Origin: Nitrospinota bacterium
GTDB lineage: Bacteria; Nitrospinota; Nitrospinia; Nitrospinales; VA-1
Assembly: GCA_038108555.1 (NCBI GenBank)
Contig: JAYNIA010000037.1
Location: 1-25,742, forward strand
Reading direction: 5' to 3'
Length of the DNA stretch: 25,742 bases
Shown here: piece by piece, positions 24,409 to 25,742 of the stretch
How the letters are laid out: the number at the start of each line of letters is the position of its first letter
How positions within the stretch are numbered: position 1 is the first letter of the stretch
Program-made: the position numbers and the translations under genes
The notes under the pieces: generated by a model
What the model was told of the DNA's origin: nothing
The model's database searches: none
The model's input: the letters and a program-made list of their open reading frames with translations, nothing else

Positions 24409-25284
24409 CTAATTGAGAATAACGGAAAAAGGAACTGGAATAAAAGTAAGGACGAAAATGACCATCGAAACACCACCCATGACCTTATGAATGGGTTCCA
24501 ATATTTCATTATCATGGATCAAGGGTGCCGTTTTGAATCCCATCAAGGCAATCATTAAAGCCCAAAAAAGCCAACCCTGCCAAAAATAACCCAGGGGAAA
24601 CAATAAAGCGAAAAATATTTTACCTATTGTGCGATGCTTGTCCGGGAAAATCGCATAAATGATATGACCACCATCCAGTTGACCGACAGGCATCAAATTC
24701 AGGGCGGTGACCAACATCCCTATCCAACCTGCAAAAGCAATGGGGTGCAAATTAATGTTTATGAGAGGTGAACTTGGGTCAACACCTAAAACCAATTGCG
24801 AACATAGATTTAAAATAAGGGAACTTCCAAAATTGACCCCACCTAATCCCGTCGCAGGGGTTACCGTTGAAAGACTTAATCCAATAAGCAACATTGGAAC
24901 AGCAACAACGAATCCGGCAATGGGACCCGCCGCACCTATTTCCATCAATACTCTTCGATTAGGAATCCTTTGTTTGATTTGGATAAAAGCCCCAAAAGTT
25001 CCAGCTATAAACTGGGGAGGAGCGGGAATGAAGTAAGGCAGGGTTGACTGGACACCATTTCTCCTGCTTGCCCAATAATGACCAAACTCATGGGCTCCTA
25101 AAATGAGTAGCAGGCTTATGGAAAAATATGGACCGCCGGATGAAAATGTCGTGTATATGGTACCCAGAAGGAGGATGCTGAACAACCACCAGTTTTTCTT
25201 TACAGGTTCTATGGGGCCATCAAACGGGTAATGCAATTCCCCATTTTGAGGGGTATCAAAGTTACTGGGTTCACTAGGCTCCAC
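24409..25284 (-). CDS. Site-2 protease, peptidase family M50 (intramembrane Zn metalloprotease)
   Basis: HEFGH (HExxH), GTFGAFI, IGAAGPIAG, LNLMPVGQLDGGHI, multiple TM segments; GTG start. Confidence 0.92.
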   Translation of the reverse strand: MEPSEPSNFDTPQNGELHYPFDGPIEPVKKNWWLFSILLLGTIYTTFSSGGPYFSISLLLILGAHEFGHYWASRRNGVQSTLPYFIPAPPQFIAGTFGAFIQIKQRIPNRRVLMEIGAAGPIAGFVVAVPMLLIGLSLSTVTPATGLGGVNFGSSLILNLCSQLVLGVDPSSPLININLHPIAFAGWIGMLVTALNLMPVGQLDGGHIIYAIFPDKHRTIGKIFFALLFPLGYFWQGWLFWALMIALMGFKTAPLIHDNEILEPIHKVMGGVSMVIFVLTFIPVPFSVILN

Positions 25285-25293
25285 GGTTTATCA

Positions 25294-25742
25294 TCAGAGA
25301 GGTTTATGAGTGAATGAACGCGCATTTTCTCCTGAATAATCACTGACGATTTGACCATTTCCGTACACTTTATATTTATAAATCACCAGTCCCTCCAATC
25401 CGACAGGACCTCTTGCATGGGTTTTGTTGGTACTGATTCCAATTTCCGCACCCAATCCATACCGAAAACCATCTGCAAATCGGGTCGATGCATTACAAAT
25501 CACACTGGCAGAGTTTACTTCATTCATAAACTTCTCTATGGTCTCTGGATTCTGGGTGATGATAGTATCTGTGTGGCCTGACCCATGTTTATTGATAAAA
25601 CTGATAGCCTCATCCAGGTTCGCAACAATTTTTATTGCTAATTTCAGGTCGTTGTATTCTTCATCCCATTCATGTGCAGTAGCAGGGGCTATTCCTTCAG
25701 CAAAATGGCATGTTTTTACACATCCCACTAAAGCTACTCCTT
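25294..25742 (-). CDS. proA: Gamma-glutamyl phosphate reductase, 3' part (truncated by window edge)
   Basis: HGSGHTDTIIT, NASTRFADGFRYGLGAEIGIST, HARGPVGLEGL; the frame stays open to the window end. Confidence 0.95.
   Translation of the reverse strand, partial: GVALVGCVKTCHFAEGIAPATAHEWDEEYNDLKLAIKIVANLDEAISFINKHGSGHTDTIITQNPETIEKFMNEVNSASVICNASTRFADGFRYGLGAEIGISTNKTHARGPVGLEGLVIYKYKVYGNGQIVSDYSGENARSFTHKPL

Noticed and set aside
25294..25728. 144-aa ORF as a complete gene or a proA pseudogene
   Set aside because: The frame is open to the window edge; it is the truncated 3' part of proA.

Overview
Bacterial chromosomal window with AT-rich intergenic regions and no IS, integrase, CRISPR array, rRNA or tRNA that I can see. 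The gene content is loosely suggestive of a Nitrospinota/deltaproteobacteria-like diderm (inference only). Left part: aldo/keto reductase (+), membrane GAF hybrid histidine kinase (-), secreted collagen-like protein (-), FkbM methyltransferase (+), and a DUF59-Mrp/ApbC plus DUF971 pair (-) that together reproduce the HCF101 architecture. Centre: a Topo IV-like type IIA topoisomerase in A-then-B order, preceded by tandem NrdR-like boxes, then two paralogous GAF-GAF-PilB/GspE ATPases with no pilus genes nearby. Right part (-): partial proA, an M50 site-2 protease, a short TolC-like protein apparently lacking its beta-barrel, dprA, topA and trmFO. The most notable signals are two candidate structured small RNAs on the minus strand (6065-6217 and 24050-24156), each with its own predicted promoter; the tandem PilB ATPases carrying cyclic-nucleotide-type GAF domains; the barrel-less TolC-like protein; and the NrdR-like boxes at the topoisomerase operon. 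All calls come from reading the sequence; no searches were run.
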